Assembly: GCA_038087875.1 (NCBI GenBank)
Contig: CM075999.1
Location: 1,366,001 to 1,430,000, forward strand
Direction of reading: 5' to 3'
Length of the DNA stretch: 64,000 nucleotides
Source of the DNA: Malacoraja senta
Taxonomy: Eukaryota
How positions within the stretch are numbered: position 1 is the first letter of the stretch; the number at the start of each line of letters is the position of its first letter. The notes beneath the pieces are model-generated. The model had not been told where the DNA came from and did not search any database. It saw nothing but the letters and a program-made list of their open reading frames with translations. The translations under genes and the position numbers were made by a program. Positions 1 through 15,600 of this stretch are shown here, piece by piece.

Positions 1-162
1 ACTTTACCTTTAACATAAAAAAGGTAAGTTAGAAATTAAAGATGACAAGAGGGAAACTTGATAAAACACCACATGTATAACTCTGTATAATAAAAGCCAG
101 GGTCCAAGGAGAAATTGTGAAACTTCACCACCCTTGCCAACTATTGTAAAGGTTTCGAGAAA

Positions 163-456
163 GGGCAGTACAAAGTTGCTGCCTCACAGCGCCAGAGACT
201 CTGGTTCAATCCTGATTACAGGTGCTGCCTGCACATTCTAACTGTGGCCACGTGGGTTTTCTGTGGGTGCTCCGGTTTCCTCCCATGTCCCAAAGACGTG
301 CAGGTTTGTAGGTTAACTGGCTTCTGTAAATTTCCCCTAGTGTGCAGGATGCAAAACTGGGATAACATGGAACTAGTGCACGGGTGATCGTTGGTGCACA
401 CGGACTCAGTGGGCCGAAGGCCCTGTTATCACACTCTATCTGAAAACTAAACTGAA
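163..456 (+). mobile_element. tRNA-derived V-SINE (HE1-like)
   Basis: gttgctgcctcacagcgccagagac...ggttcaatcc B box, V-domain-like core, ctaaact tail; homologous to 9748-10014. Confidence 0.8.
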
Positions 457-510
457 ATGGAAACCGATGCCCATTGCAAGCCCTCTTTCCCCCTCTGCTG
501 TGATACCTAC

Positions 511-630
511 CATCAGAGTCCAAGCACAAGGTATGATGTTGTCCACCAGAGAATTTGGCCCAACACTTGCCCGAGTTCTTGAATGCACTTAGTTTATGTG
601 CCGAGTAACAGGAGGATGTACCTGGTGTTC
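511..630 (-). CDS. RCC1: RCC1 coding exon 7
   Basis: [40 protein letters not shown]; ccacAG / GTAGGT. Confidence 0.94.
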
Positions 631-3600
631 CTGTGGTAGAAACAAGACAGCACAGCTTACATATACCTTCCATTCTCTCTACACCTCGCAAAATTCCCTC
701 TGTACGTACTGGTGGCCTATCTCCCCTGAAAGCTGTCACTCCTGGATGGTTCGATCCACCAACTTCTGGAATATCAGCCAATCTACCATTCTAGAAATAT
801 AGCCTTAATAATGACCATTCAACAACTATGATTAGCTCTTGTGGGCCGAGTTTATGCTTGACTTGTTGACCACACACAAATACCTTCCGAAGGCAAGTCT
901 ATTTACCTTGCTGAAATACAGTAACACCACAGGTAAGGATGTTGGAATATTAAACATGATGCCCTTGCATATTCAACTTTCAATAATCACAACAGCTTAA
1001 ACCAGAATATTGTATCTAATTCTGGTCATATTTTGGAAAGGACATTAAGATCTTCAGTGTACAAAGGAGGAATGAGACTAGGGATGATATTTCGGTCACA
1101 GGAAGAAGCTGGGATTATTTTCCTTACGGTAGACAAAACGATTTGTTATATGACAGAGTTCATTTATTTATTTAAATCCCGTACAATTTACAAGAAACTG
1201 CTCCCTCTCACGGAAGGCCCATCAACCAGTTCAAGGATTCAAAGTGATCCAGACAAAGAACCATTGTACCATGGAGGAAGCACCCTTGCATACAGCGAAT
1301 TATTTGGATGAGAGATAAAATTCTGAGAGTTACAACAGCATTTTTCTACAGTAGACAAACAGTACAAACTGGAAAAGGCACGATCTGCTGGACTAATGGG
1401 GAAGAGCAGGAGAATGGAGAGCTATTTCAAAGTGACTTCCTGTGGAAAGGTTGACACTAAAGGAGACAATTTAGCTCAATATAAACACACGAGCAATAAA
1501 AGAGCTGTAGAGATTAACCCCAGTTCACACCTCTTTTCCTGAAGTTAGGGGTAATTGTACATCAAATACCTTCCAGGTCACTAAGTACAAAGAGCAATTT
1601 GATCTGCTTCAGACAAGCACATGGATCTCACTGCTACTTACGGGACCTTGCGCTGTTGTACATAGTAAATACAGGCACCGTTGTCTCTACATAAAGGGGG
1701 AGTGCAAGATCAGCAGCACGGTCAAGTAGGAAAAGAGCTGCTGAATACCACGACAACTGCTGAGACATGTCTACAGAGAAACCATCGCTGATTAAACTGT
1801 CCAATGTACTACCACACCTTGTGTATGGCATATGTCTCCTAAACGTGTTACATCGTTCTTCCGGTAATGGAGTATTCTTCCGGTAACACGGTGACACAAA
1901 GCTGGGTGGCAATGTGAACTGCGAGGAGGATGCTATGAGGATGCAGGGTGACTTGGACAGGTTGGGTGAGTGGGCAGATGCATGGCAGATGCAGTTTAAT
2001 GTGGATAAATGTGAGGTTATCCACTTTGGTGGCAAGAACAGGAAGGCAGATTATAATCTAAATGGTGTCAAATTGGGAAAAGGGGAAGTACAACAAGATC
2101 TGGGGGTCCTTGTACATCAGTCACTGAAAGCAAGCATACAGGTACAGCAGGCAGTGAAGAAAGCAAATGGCATGTTGGCCTTCATAACAAGCGTTGAGTA
2201 TAGGAGCAAAGAGGTCCTTCTGCAGTTGTACAGGACCATAGTGAGACCACACCTGGAGTAGTGTGTGCAGTTTTGGTCTCCAAATTTGAGGAAGGACATT
2301 CTTGCTATTGAGGGAGTACAGCATAGGTTCACGAGGTTAATTCCCGGAATGACGTGACTGTCATATGTCGATAGAACGGAGCGGCTGGGCATGTATACTC
2401 TGGACTTTAGAAGGATGAGAGGGGATCTTATTGAAACATATAAGATTATTAAGGGTTTGGACACGCTAGAGGCAGGAAACATATTCCCGATGTTGAGGGA
2501 GTCCAGAACCTGGGGCCACAGTAAGGGGTAAGCCATTTAGAACGGAGATGAGGAAAATCTTTTTCACACAGAGGGTTGTGAATCTGTGGAATTCTCTGCC
2601 TCACAAGGCAGTGGTGGCCAATTCTCTAGATGCTTTCAAGAGAGAGCTAGATAGAGGTCTTAAAGATAGCAGAGTCAGGGGATATGGCGAGAAGGCAGGA
2701 ACAGGGTACTAATTGTGGATGATCAGCCATGATCATATTGACTGGCGGTGCTGGCTCGAAGGGCCTACTCCTGCACCTATTGTCTAATATATTTTATTTG
2801 ATTTGCCATGTCTTATAAATGCTTAATTTATAAAATGCTCAGAATTCATACTCAGCAGGACAAGTGGACATGTGGTGAATGACAACTTGGGCTTTCCATA
2901 AGTGAATCATGAACTTTCATGCCACAATTTAATTCCCACCATTTCATTCACCCATTATTGTTTTGTTCACTGACCAATGTTGCCCCCCCTTTTTTTTTTT
3001 AAGTCCACATCCCTGCAACCTCCAGTAGACATCCAAATCACTTCAACCCTCCAATCCCACCTCTTATGCATTCTTGATTTTTAAAATCACTCCACTGCTG
3101 GCAGCCGAGTCTTCTGTGACAAGGTCTTAAACTCAAACTTCCTCCTGTCACCTCTGCCTCTCCTTAAGACGACCTCATCACCAAGCCTTTAGTCACCTTT
3201 TCCACTTTACTGTGCCGTAAATTTATTTTTGGATGATAATGCTCCTGTGAAACATCTGGCGACATTTTACTTTATTAAAGTTTTGACAAGCCTTCGATGC
3301 CAAAGGCAGAGTTCTTCCCCTGCCTGGTATGTCAAGAATAAGGACTCACATTCTCAAAATAAACAGTCTGCTACTTAGGAGAGCAACGAGAAGACATTTC
3401 TTCAGCCAGTGGGTATAGAATCGTTGACATTATTCAAGAGGTTTGTGGAGGCCAGGTTACAGATTATATTCAAAGGAGAGATTGAAAGGATTTTAGATTT
3501 TAAAAGAAATACCGAGACCAAAAAAACAAAAACATCGTTGGTCGAATTTAGTTGTAGAGCTGACACAAGAACCAGATTCGAAGACACTACATAAATGCTA

Positions 3601-6600
3601 ATTTCTATTGGTATTTAGGCAGAAAGGATAACAATGTTCAGGTTTGCTTTAGTGTTGGTGCACATCTAAATAATGAGTGATAAATGCTTTTCAATTCTGC
3701 TCACCTAGCTGATGGTAGTTGGAGAGTCCAAAACCATAGACATGGCCTTCCTTCGAAATTGCAAATGTGCAATAGGCACCACTGAAAACATCGGTAAATT
3801 TCACCTTCCCACTCCCTTTGGATCGGAGGCGAACGTTCTTGGGAATCAGCAGCCGTTCTGAACAAAATGAAGCAAAAATAGATATTATGGCACACGAGAC
3901 AACTATTTGGGCCATCATGACACGTCAGTCACAACAGGTTAATCCTTATTTTCCAGCTGTACATCCACTGCCCACAAGTTGCAGCTCTTTGAGCGTTCAC
4001 CCAGGTATTTTGTAAATGAGTGGCTTCACCACTCTTTCACACAGTGAGCTCCAGATTCTCACCACTCATGGTATAAAACATCGTCTCTGCTCTTCTTATC
4101 ATTCTAGCAATTAACTTTATGCCTCCTTGTTACTGGCCTCTTGGCCTGTTTATCCTGTCTGGTATCTTCTTACACCTTAATTTAATCTTTCCCGTCTCCT
4201 TTCCCATCACCTTACCCACCCCCCCCCCCAGAAGAAAACAACCCCAGCTTGGATAACCAATGAGCTTGACAACAGAACTTACAGCAAATGACAACAATCA
4301 ACCTTAAAAGGGGGACTACCAAATAATTTGGTTACAGATTTTGTACTGTTAAGAATCAAATGTGTTCCAATATCAGGGATAAGAAGCACCTGAGGAAGAG
4401 GTGCAAGTGCACTGAGATCAAACAGAATGGCAGAGCAAATCCAAGAAGATACGCGACCTCTTTCTGACGTATCCCTATTGTAATTTAGAATTTGTATTTA
4501 CCTAGACCTCGCCGTCCTCCTCGGTTTGTGAAACATTCTGCAAGTCTTCCTAGTTGTCCCTGCTCACCACAGCCAGAAGTGAAAATCTCACCGTCAAGAG
4601 ACAGCATTGCCAAGTGATCATTCCCTAAAAGGAACAAAAATATATTTTTCATTCACCAAGATGAGCAAAGGGCTCGCTTTGAGCAAGCATTTATGTGGAC
4701 ATTTCTAGAACTTCACAACCCTAATACAGTTGCCTCATTAGAGAGATGTGCATTCATATAACACCTTTGACATCCCAAAACCTGCAGACCCAATATAGTT
4801 AATGTTGCAATTTAGGATATGGCAGGCTCTAGACGTAGCTAACGCCCAGAAGATGTGTCATCGTTTAAATTTGTTGGTTGATATTTATACACTGACAGTA
4901 CCTAAGGAACTTGGTTTTTTTTAATGCGTGCTACTAGATCTATTGGATTTACCCCATAGGAAAGATGGCATATCAGATAGTGGGGTACATCCTCAAAGGT
5001 TAACTGGAGTGTTGGCTGTTAAGTTTCTAGACAGGGAGTACAACTCTCAGGCTTCACATTTACAATTTGGCTGGAAAGTAGTTGCTGAGACTTGATTCTT
5101 GCAGTAAGGCAACTGAGATGCGTCATGTGGTAGGTTGTGTTTATCAAGAGCACTATTTATTTGCTAGGGGAGAGATTCTAATGTTAACATGCTACTGGGT
5201 CTGTGCATTTTGCTGCTGCCAACAGGTTATTCTGGGCAGTGACTTCAAATGCTTCAATGCAGATGGATGATCTGTAGACAGCAGCAAACCTAATACCACG
5301 TTCAAACTCCTAATTGGGACAAAAAAATGCTATGCAGTGTGATGCCTTTAGCAACCCTGTAGATGTAGCCCCACTAGAAATACCTGGGCTAAAACAAATT
5401 GGTCAATCCAGTTCAAAAGAGATCTATTTAATATCCAAGGAACAGTTAAATGCAGCATTTATGACTATCACCTCCTTCTGGGTGACTAATATCCAGAAAG
5501 ATTTGAGGGTTGGCAGTGGGATAGGGAAAGTTGTGCCCATTATATCAGAAACAGAAAGGTCGTGTGGACCTGAATTAACTAGGCTCTCTCACCTGAGACA
5601 ATTTTAACAATTGGATCATCAATGGGCACCCGCTGCGGTGAAAGGCTGGTCTTCAAGGGTTCTAACAGTCCAATAACTCCATTGTTATCCTGCAAAATTT
5701 CAAAATTAAACACATCAAGTACACTCAAAATCATGCAAGTGTTTGTAAATGTACAGGGCCTCAAGGAGAGAATACTTTGAAGGAAGGATGAACAATTACA
5801 ATTAGGAGGAAAGGTTTAAATGTGCCTGAAGAATAAAAGAATGTCAATTTTGGCTCAGTCGACAGCATTTTCATCCAAATATGAGATGGTTCAACCTTAT
5901 CTTAGAGGCTGGAGCACAAAATCTAGCCTGCCTTGTACAGCACCAAAGGAGTGCAAAACATTCAAGGTGCCATCTTCCTAATGAAAAGCCTCACAGGCAG
6001 ACCATAAATACTCGGTGAGAGGAAACAGGGGAACCCTGCAAGTGACAACATTTCTGGCTAATAAATGGTCATGTTGTGTGCTCCAGTTTACTGTGTGGAA
6101 ATCTACTGATTAAAACCATGACTATATTTGAAAAGTACTCGATTTTCTGCAGTCTTTACCAACAGCCTGATGTTACGAAAAGGACTGCATTTAACATAGA
6201 AAATAGGTGTAGGAGTAGGCCATTCGGCCCTTCGAGCCTGCACCGCCATTCAATATGATCATGGCTGATCATCCAACTCAGTATCCTGTACCTGCTTTGT
6301 CTCCATACCCCCTGATCCCTTTAGCCACAAGGGCCACATCTAACTCCCTCTTAAATATAGCCAATGAACTGGCCTCAACTACCTTCTGTGGCAGAGAATT
6401 CCAGAGATTCACCACTCTCTGTGTGAAAAATGTTTTCCTCATCTCGGTCCTAAAAGATTTCCCCCTTATCCTTAAACTGTGACCCCTTGTTCTGGACTTC
6501 CCCAACATCGGGAACAATCTTCCTGCATCTAGCCTGTCCAACCCCTTAAGAATTTTGTACGTTTCTATAAGATCCCCCCTCAATCTTCTAAATTCTAGCG

Positions 6601-9600
6601 AGTACAAACCGAGTCTATCCAGTCTTTCTTCATATGAAAGTCCTGACATACCAGGAATCAGTCTGGTGAACCTTCTCTGTACTCCCTCTATGGCAAGAAT
6701 GTCTTTCCTCAGATTAGGAGACCAAAACTGTATGCAATACTCCAGGTGTGGTCTCACCAAGACCCTGTACAACTGCAGTAGAACCTCCCTGCTCCTATAC
6801 TCAAATCCTTTTGCTATGAATGCTAACATACCATTCGCCTTCTTCACTGCCTGCTGCACCTGCATGCCTACATTTAATGACTGGTGTACCATGACACCCA
6901 GGTCTCGTTGCATCTCCCCTTTTCCTAATCGGCCACCATTCAGATAAGTCTACTTTCCTGTTTTTGCCACCAAAGTGGATAACCTCACATTTATCCACAT
7001 TATACTGCATCTGCCATGCATTTGCCCACTCACCCAGCCTATCCAAGTCACCTTGCAGCCTCCGAGCATCCTCCTCACAGCTAACACTGCCCCCCAGCTT
7101 TGTGTCATCCGCAAACTTGGAGATGTTGCATTCAATTCCCTCGTCCAAATCATTAATATATATCGTAAATAGCTGGGGTCCCAGCACTGAGCCTTGCGGT
7201 ACCCCACTAGTCACTGCCTGCCATTGTGAAAAGGACCCGTTTACTCCTACTCTTTGCTTCCTGTCTGCCAGCCAGTTCTCTATCCACATCAATACTGAAC
7301 CCCCAATACCGTGTGCTTTAAGTTTGTATACTAATCTCTTATGTGGGACCTTGTCGAAAGCCTTCTGAAAGTCCAGATATAACACATCCACTGGTTCTCC
7401 CTTATCCACTCTACTAGTTACATCCTCGAAAAATTCTATAAGATTCGTCAGACATGATTTACCTTTCATAAATCCATGCTGACTTTGTCCAATGATTTCA
7501 CCACTTTCCAAATGTGCTGCTATCCCATCTTTAATAACTGATTCTAGCAGTTTCCCCACTACCGACGTTAGACTAACTGGTCTGTAATTCCGTTTTCACT
7601 CTCCCTCCCTTTTTAAAAAGTGGTGTTACATTAGCTACCCTCCAATCCTCAGGAACTACTCCAGAATCTAAAGAGTTTTGAAAAATTATCACTAATGCAT
7701 CCACTATTTCTGGGGCTACTTCCTTAAGTACTCTGGGATGCAGCCTAACTGGCCCTGGGGATTTATCGGCCTTTAATCCATTCAATTTACCTAACACCAC
7801 TTCCCGGCTAACCTGAATTTCACTCAGTTCCTCCATCTCATTTGACCCCCGGTCCCCTGCTAGTTCCAGCAGATTATTTATGTCTTCCTTAGTGAAGACA
7901 GAACCAAAGTAGCTATTCAATTGGTCTGCCATGTCCTTGTTCCCCATGATCAATTCACCTGTTTCTGACTGCAAGGGACCTACATTTGTTTTAACTAATC
8001 TTTTTCTCTTCACATATCTATAAAAGCTTTTGCAGTCAGTTTTTATGTTCCCTGCCAGTTTTCTTTCATAATCTATTACCCCTTTCCTAATTAAGCCCTT
8101 TGTCCTCCTCTGCTGGACTCTGAATTCATTTATTTCTAAAATAGTTAATCCCAGGTAGTTTGGACAGAGTAAACATTCCAATTGGCAACACACCCTTAGG
8201 GTTAACAACGAGTCAGACTGGTTCGACATACCAGATAGCAATTGGATGGCATTTGTATTCATTGTTTAAGGTTCTCAAGCCCGATCTCATCATTCAGTTT
8301 GATTATGGTTACAACTTAGCTTTTATTTGTTGAATAAGGAAAGCAAGGTAAAAGAGAGAACTAAGTCCTAAAAGTTTTTACTGATCCACAGAGTGTCAAA
8401 AGGGAGCTGATGGATTGGGGAGAATAAATTGAAGGGCTACAGGGGATTAAGTAAACAAGATTGCTGTTTTAGGAGACAGACTGAGTGGCTTTCTGCAGCA
8501 TAATAATTAAGCATGCGGCCACAGTACTTTTCTTGTTTGGTGAAAGAGGGAGGGTGACGGAAGAGTAAGCAGGTGTAAAAGAAATGAACATTTCTGCGTT
8601 ATACTGTCCTTTGTGTGAACAAAACATTCAGTGACTCCCTCCGAACAAATGTGCGAAGCAGCTGGCTGTCACCCTTCCAATAACCGCTCCTTAAGATTGA
8701 CAGGCACTGGTGCCTAACATAAGACTCAATGCCTGTGTACTCTATGCCTGAAAGTGAACTAGAATCACAAAGCACAAAAGTAAGTAAGCCATTCAGCCCA
8801 TAGAATCTAGGATGGATTTTTGAAAAACATTGTTAAAAGTAGAAAACAGCAGAAATATTCTGGTCGGGCATCAAGTACGGAGAGTAAAATAATCAGCATT
8901 TCAAATCATTGCCTGAGAATATGAGGTGGATGGAAATACAAAACTTTTAAATGGCAAAGAACTTCAGAAATGTCACACAGATGTGAAGAAAATGAACCAA
9001 GACGAGAACTAGAGTCCAGATAGGAAGAACTGAATTCTAGAGATCAAAACCGCAAGCAGGTGGGTCTGGTGTAGATGGAGCATGCTGGTCAGCATGGGCA
9101 AGTTCGACCGAAGGACCTATTTCCATGCTGCATAACTCTAAGAACAGACGGAGACAATATGTCGAACAAAATGATCCTACATGTCAACAGGTGCTGGCTG
9201 ACCCATTGACAATCACGTTCAGAAGAGATATACAATTATTCCCCAGGGTTTTGTAAATTTTGCAAAATGTATTTATACAACTTGCATTTGAAAATTACTA
9301 AAAGATTCAATGTATATGTTGTCCCTATTTTGGAAGTTTCAATGCGAATAAAACACCCTGAGTTTAAAAATATATTTAGCTTTTCCAGTGTGATCTTCAG
9401 GCCAACATTACTTTAAAAAGATCAATTCAAATTTTGAAACCTATCTGCTTCCATTGATAATGTATTGCTATACATTACAATTTCACTATTTTCATTATAG
9501 ACATCAATAAGCAATATCTTGTGAAATCTATCTATCTTTAGATGCATTCTATCAAGCCTAATTTTATTGGACAAATAGTTCTTTGGCATCTGTTCACATT

Positions 9601-12600
9601 GTTCTGATCCTAATGACTGGTTATATTTTTTTTAAGTACCCATCACTGGCTTTTCATCATGCCTAAACCTATATATTTTGGTTACGAACCCACCTTTTTC
9701 ACGGTCTCAAAATGGAACAAAATTTTAGATTACTCCAACAAATGTTTGGGCGGCACAATGGCGCAGCGGTAGAGTTGCTGCCTTACAGTGCTGGAGACCC
9801 GGGTTCGATCCCGACTACGGGCGCTGTCTGTACGGAGTTTGTAAGTTCTCCTTGTGTGTTTTCTCGAGATCTTCGGTTTTCTCCCACACTTCAAAGACGT
9901 ACGGGTTTGTTGGTCAATTGGCTTGGTATTAGTGTAAATTGTCCCCATTGTGTGTAGGAAAGTGTTAATGTGCGAGGATCGCTGGTCAGCCCGTATCTCT
10001 AAACTAAACTAAACTATATCTCCCATTTAGTCTTCCCACAGCTCACCCTGAAGGAGCCCCATATGAAGACTTGGCCTCTTTCAGTCAGAGCCGCAGTGTG
10101 ACTGTCACCAGCAGAAACCTGGACCACATGTTCATCGAGCAGAACCTGGACCGGAACCATGTCGGACGCATCCTGCGCCGTGTCCCGCCCAAGCGCACCC
10201 TCATCATTGCAGCCAAACGTGTAAACCTGGAGATTAAAAAAAAAAAAGGTCAGTCGAGTCATTCCAGTCTGCTAGAGCTGTAGTTCTGGATAAATATTTA
10301 GCACTCAACCAACAATATTTGGTCAAATATTTCTCCACTGTTTGTGGAAGCCTGCAGTGAACAAGTTGAACAGTGACTTTCCAATGTTACATCAGGAACA
10401 GTTTGGATAAAGATTATTGAACTGAATTATTAACTGCTTCACTCTCCACAAATGCTGCCCAAGTACTTCCGGAATTTTAATCCATTAATTAAGATTTGTA
10501 GTAATTGAGGTGTGTTGCATGTGTTTCTCAAAGGAACTTCATTGATTATAAAGGTACTTCAACACATCCTGTGATGGTTAAAAAAAAGGCCATCTTACAC
10601 AGAACAAAACACTTTGTTCAATCCTTACAAATCATACAGCTTTTCAAACAGGCCCTTCGGCTCTACTCGCCCACACCAATCAACATGCCCCATCTATACT
10701 AATCCCATCCTTTGAAGTTTATGCTTGTTCAACTCTTCTCTAATCCTTTCCCCAGTCAATAATATTAAGCTAAATATAATTAGCAAAAAGTTCTCCCCGT
10801 TCACCATGTCTAAGTCAATCAAAATTTTAATGTACCTCAATTAAATCTCGACAGCCTCACCTACGCCAAATGAAATTTAACAGCTCTCCCATCTCAACTC
10901 AAACAAAATTCTCTGGCTCAACAACATCCTATAGTTTTCCTCTGCTCCCTATACTAGTGCTCTCTCACTCTTCAAGTTGTGTATCGACAAGAACTGCGCA
11001 CATTTCTACAATCGTACAAGACCCCCACCTCTTGTATACTGATGTGGGTGCAGGAGTGTCAGTTAGCTAATCTGCTGCAGTATAACAATGGGTAACACAG
11101 GTGATGAGATGTATGCCATCGTATAATGCTCAAGCAGAATAACAGTAGCACAGTACCATTCCACTATATGGCAACAGAGTATTTTACTGGTGTATGTTGG
11201 TCTCTCAATGGCACCAACTGCAATTTCAAAGAGCGCCGTGAAAGAGCTGATATTGGCACAAGGGGCTGCAAGTTCCCTGTCCAGTCTGGCCATTCTCTCC
11301 TGTAGATTTTAATTTTATAAAAGTGATGTACATGTACACGAGTCCCAAAGAAATTAGATGCTGCAAACCACAGAGATTAATTAATGAGTGTAGGCAGAAA
11401 GGAAATGTGTCAAACTTCATGACTTGGGGTAGTGGGTAAGGAGAGAAAGGAGTACTCAGCTAGCTTTTAAAAAACATTCAACTTTTATATATAGCTTGTG
11501 TTGCCTTTAGAGCTTAGCTCTGAATAGAGAGTTTCTCACCTCAAGGACCCAGTGTGTGTTGGGCGACTTTCTATTAGTTCATTCAAATAAAAAAAATATT
11601 CCTCCTCACAAGTCAGAAGGGGGCTTAAAGAAAGAGCCTGAGAAATGTTGAAAATAAAATACTGATGTTCCATGGATGAGACAACAAATATGGAGAGAGA
11701 AATATTTTTGCTAAGATCCGTAGCCAAAATGTTTAATTTATTTCTCACTCCACGAATGCAGCCTTTTGTTGTTGGTATTTCCAGAATTGTTCCTTGTATC
11801 AGAGATAGATAACACTTGAAGATGTAAACTTAGGCTAAGGAGCAAGATATTTAGAAGGGATTTCAGGACAACTATCGTTCACGCAGAGAATTGCTAGATG
11901 TTGAAAATGGCCCATTTATCCCAATTCTCTCATTTATGTTACGGACCTGCACTCTATCCATTCCAATATATTATCACTGACGCACCAGTCCTTCAATGTA
12001 ACCTTTTACTGTGTGGACTATTCCTCTAGTGCCTGTTGTTCACTTATACTTTGGACAACAAATGCGTAACATTTATCAAGAAAGCCAAATCTGGCTAAAT
12101 CTAGGTATCAATCACCGTTCAGTCCGCCAAGCTGTGCAGACCAGTGGGCACCCACCTGCATAAATCCTGCAATGCAGTACCTGCCCCATAGCCCCAAGAA
12201 CGAGTCGCACTCCGGCCACTGCCTCTTCTCCCCTCTCCCATCGGGGAAAACGCACACCGCCAGATTCAGGGACAGTTTCTTCCCAGCTGCTATCAGGCAA
12301 CTGAACCATCCTACCAACAACTAGAGAGCAGTTCTGAGCTGTTATCTACCTCGTTGGAAACCCTCAGACTATCTTTGATTGGACTTTATCTTGCACTAAA
12401 TGTTATTCATGTTATTCCTTTTATCATGCACCTGCACACTGTGGATGGCTCGATGTAGTGGGGAAGGAATAGGGTCTATTCAGGGTGTCAATTTCAAATA
12501 TCATCGAATGATTACTAATTCAGTCTGAAGAAGGGTCTCGACCCGAAACTTCACCCAATCCTTCTCTCCATAGATGCTGCCACACCCGCTGAGTTTCTCC

Positions 12601-15600
12601 AGCACTTTTGTCCACCTACAGTAAATGATTCACTCAGATTCCCAATGGTGTTCCTTTCAAATAATGCATTAAAAAAAAACGAAACTGATACAATTTCACA
12701 CATATCGCTGTTCTGAAATTTCTCACCAACTCAAGTAAATAGTAAATTTAAATCTGTATTGTCCAACTGAACTGGATTTAAATATTACTATTGCATTTGA
12801 AAGAAAGCAATTAACAGCTGCTATGATACATCTGCGCCAGGTGTATCGAGACGGGGCTCCTAATGGACCGTATTAGGAACCTGGAGCAGCAGCTCGATGA
12901 CCTCCTTCTGGTCAGGGAGAGCGAGGAAGTCATTGAGAGGAGTTACAGGGAGGTGGTCACTCCAAGACCACAGGAGGCAGGCAAGTGGATCACGGTTGGG
13001 AGAGGCAAGGGGCACAGGCAGGGACTAGAGAGTACCCCGGTGGCTGTACACCTTGACAATAAGTACTCCTGTTTGAGCACTGTTGGGGGGGACAGCCTAC
13101 CTGGGGGTAGCAACAGCGGCCAGGCCTCCGGTATAGAGACCGGCCCTGTTGCTCAGAAGGGTAAGGAAAAGAAGAGGAGGGCAATACTAATAGAGGACTC
13201 TATAGTTAGGGGGTCAGACAGGCGATTCTGTGGATGCAGTCGGGAGACCCGGATGGTAGTTTGCCTCCCTGGTGCCAGGGTCTGTGATGTGTCTCAACGT
13301 GTCCAAGATATCCACAAAGGGCAGGGAGAGGAGCCCGAGGTCGTGGTACATATAGGTACCAATGACATAGGTAAAAAAAGAGAAGAGGTCCTGAAAGGAG
13401 AATTTAGGGAGTTAGGAGGCGAGTTAAAGAGAAGGACAGCAAAGGTAACAATCTCGGGATTACTGCCTGTGCCACGCGACAGTGAGAGTAGGAATGGAGC
13501 GAGGTGGAGGATAAATGCGTGGCTGAAGGACTGGTGCAGAAGGCAGGGATTCAAATTTCTGGATCATTGGGACCTCTTTTGTGGAAGGTGCGACCTGTAC
13601 AAAATGGATGGGTTGCACTTGAACCTGAGGGGGACCGATATCCTGGCGGGGAGATCTGCAAACTGTGGATGGCTCGATGTAGTGAGGAAGGAATAGGGTC
13701 TATTCAGGGTGTCAATTTCAAATATCATCGAATGATTACTAATTCAGTTTGAAGAAGGGTCTCGACCCGAAGCTTCACCCAATCCTTCTCTCCATAGATG
13801 CTGCCACACCCGCTGAGTTTCTCCAGCACTTTTGTCCACCTACAGTAAATGATTCACTCAGATTCCCAATGGTGTTCCTTTCAAATAATGCATTAAAAAA
13901 AAAAACGAAACTGATACAATTTCACACATATCGCTGTTCTGAAATTTCTCACCAACTCAAGTAAATAGTAAATTTAAATCTGTATTGTCCAACTGAACTG
14001 GATTTAAATATTACTATTGCATTTGAAAGAAAGCAATTAACAGCTGCTATGATACATCTGCGCCAGGTGTATCGAGATGGGGCTCCTAATGGACCGTATT
14101 AGGAACCTGGAGCAGCAGCTCGATGACCTCCTTCTGGTCAGGGAGAGCGAGGAAGTCATTGAGAGGAGTTACAGGGAGGTGGTCACTCCAAGACCACTGG
14201 AGGCAGGCAAGTAGATCACGGTTGGGAGAGGCAAGGGGCACAGGCAGGGACTAGAGAGTACCCCGGTGGCTGTACACCTTGACAATAAGTATTCCTGTTT
14301 GAGCACTGTTGGGGGGGACAGCCTACCTGGGGGTAGCAACAGCGGCCGGGCCTCCGGTATAGAGACCGGCCCTGTTGCTCAGAAGGGTAAGGAAAAGAAG
14401 AGGAGGGCAATACTAATAGGGGACTCTATAGTTAGGGGGTCAGACAGGCGATTCTGTGGACGCAGTCGGGAGACCCGGATGGTAGTTTGCCTCCCTGGTG
14501 CCAGGGTCTGTGATGTGTCTCAACGTGTCCAAGATATCCTGAAAGGGCAGGGAGAGGAGCCCGAGGTCATGGTACATATAGGTACCAATGACATAGGTAA
14601 AAAAAGAGAAGAGGTCCTGAAAAGAGAATTTAGGGAGTTAGGAGGCGAGTTAAAGAGAAGGACAGCAAAGGTAACAATCTCGGAATTACTGCCTGTGCCA
14701 CGCGACAGTGAGAGTAGGAATGGAGCGAGGTGGAGGATAAATGCTTGGCTGAAGGACTGGTGCAGAAGGCAGGGTAGCAAACGTAACCCCACTTTTTAAG
14801 AAGGGAGGGAGAGAGAAAACGGGGAATTACAGACCAGTTAGTCTAACATCGGTAGTGGGGAAACTGCTAGTCAGTTATTAAAGATGGGATAGCAGCACAT
14901 TTGGAAAGCGGTGAAATCATTGGACAAAGTCAGCATGGATTTACGAAAGGTAAATTGTGTCTGACGAATCTGACAGAATTTTTCGAGGATGTAACTAGTA
15001 GAGTGGATAGGGGAGAACCAGTGGATGTGTTGTATCTGGACTTTCAGAAGGCTTTCGACAAGGTAGCACATAAGAGATTAGTATACAAACTTAAAGCACA
15101 CGGTATTGGGGGTTCAGTATTGATGTGGATAGAGAACTGGCTGGCAAACAGGAAGCAAAGAGTAGGAGTAAACGGGTCCTTTTCACAATGGCAGGCAGTG
15201 ACTAGTGGGGTACCGCAAGGCTCAGTGCTGGGACCCCAGCTATTTACAATTTATATTAATGATCTGGATGAGGGAATTGAAGGCAACATCTCCAAGTTTG
15301 CGGATGACACTAAGCTGGGGGGCAGTGTTAGCTGTGAGGAGGATGCTAGGAGACTGCAAGGTGACTTGGATAGGCTGGGTGAGTGGGCAAATGTTTGGCA
15401 GATGCAGTATAATGTGGATAAATTTAAGGTTATCCACTTTGGTGGCAAAAACAGGAAAGCAGACTATTATCTAAATGGTGGCCGATTAGGAAATGGGGAG
15501 ATGCAGCGAGACCTGGGTGTCATGGTACACCAGTCCTTGAAAGTAGGCATGCAGGTGCAGCAGGCAGTGAAGAAAGCGAATAGTATGTTAGCTTTCATAG

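Noticed and set aside
206..781. 191-aa ORF as a standalone gene
   Set aside because: Only 630-511 is coding (an RCC1 exon); the rest is intron and SINE.
6255..7368. Recurrent plus-strand ORFs ([10 protein letters not shown]..., MYVSIRSPL..., MPPKWITSH...)
   Set aside because: Antisense shadows of CR1 ORF2, repeated wherever the element occurs.
9748..9830. tRNA gene (A and B boxes)
   Set aside because: It is the tRNA-derived head of a multicopy SINE, with no proper cloverleaf or terminator.
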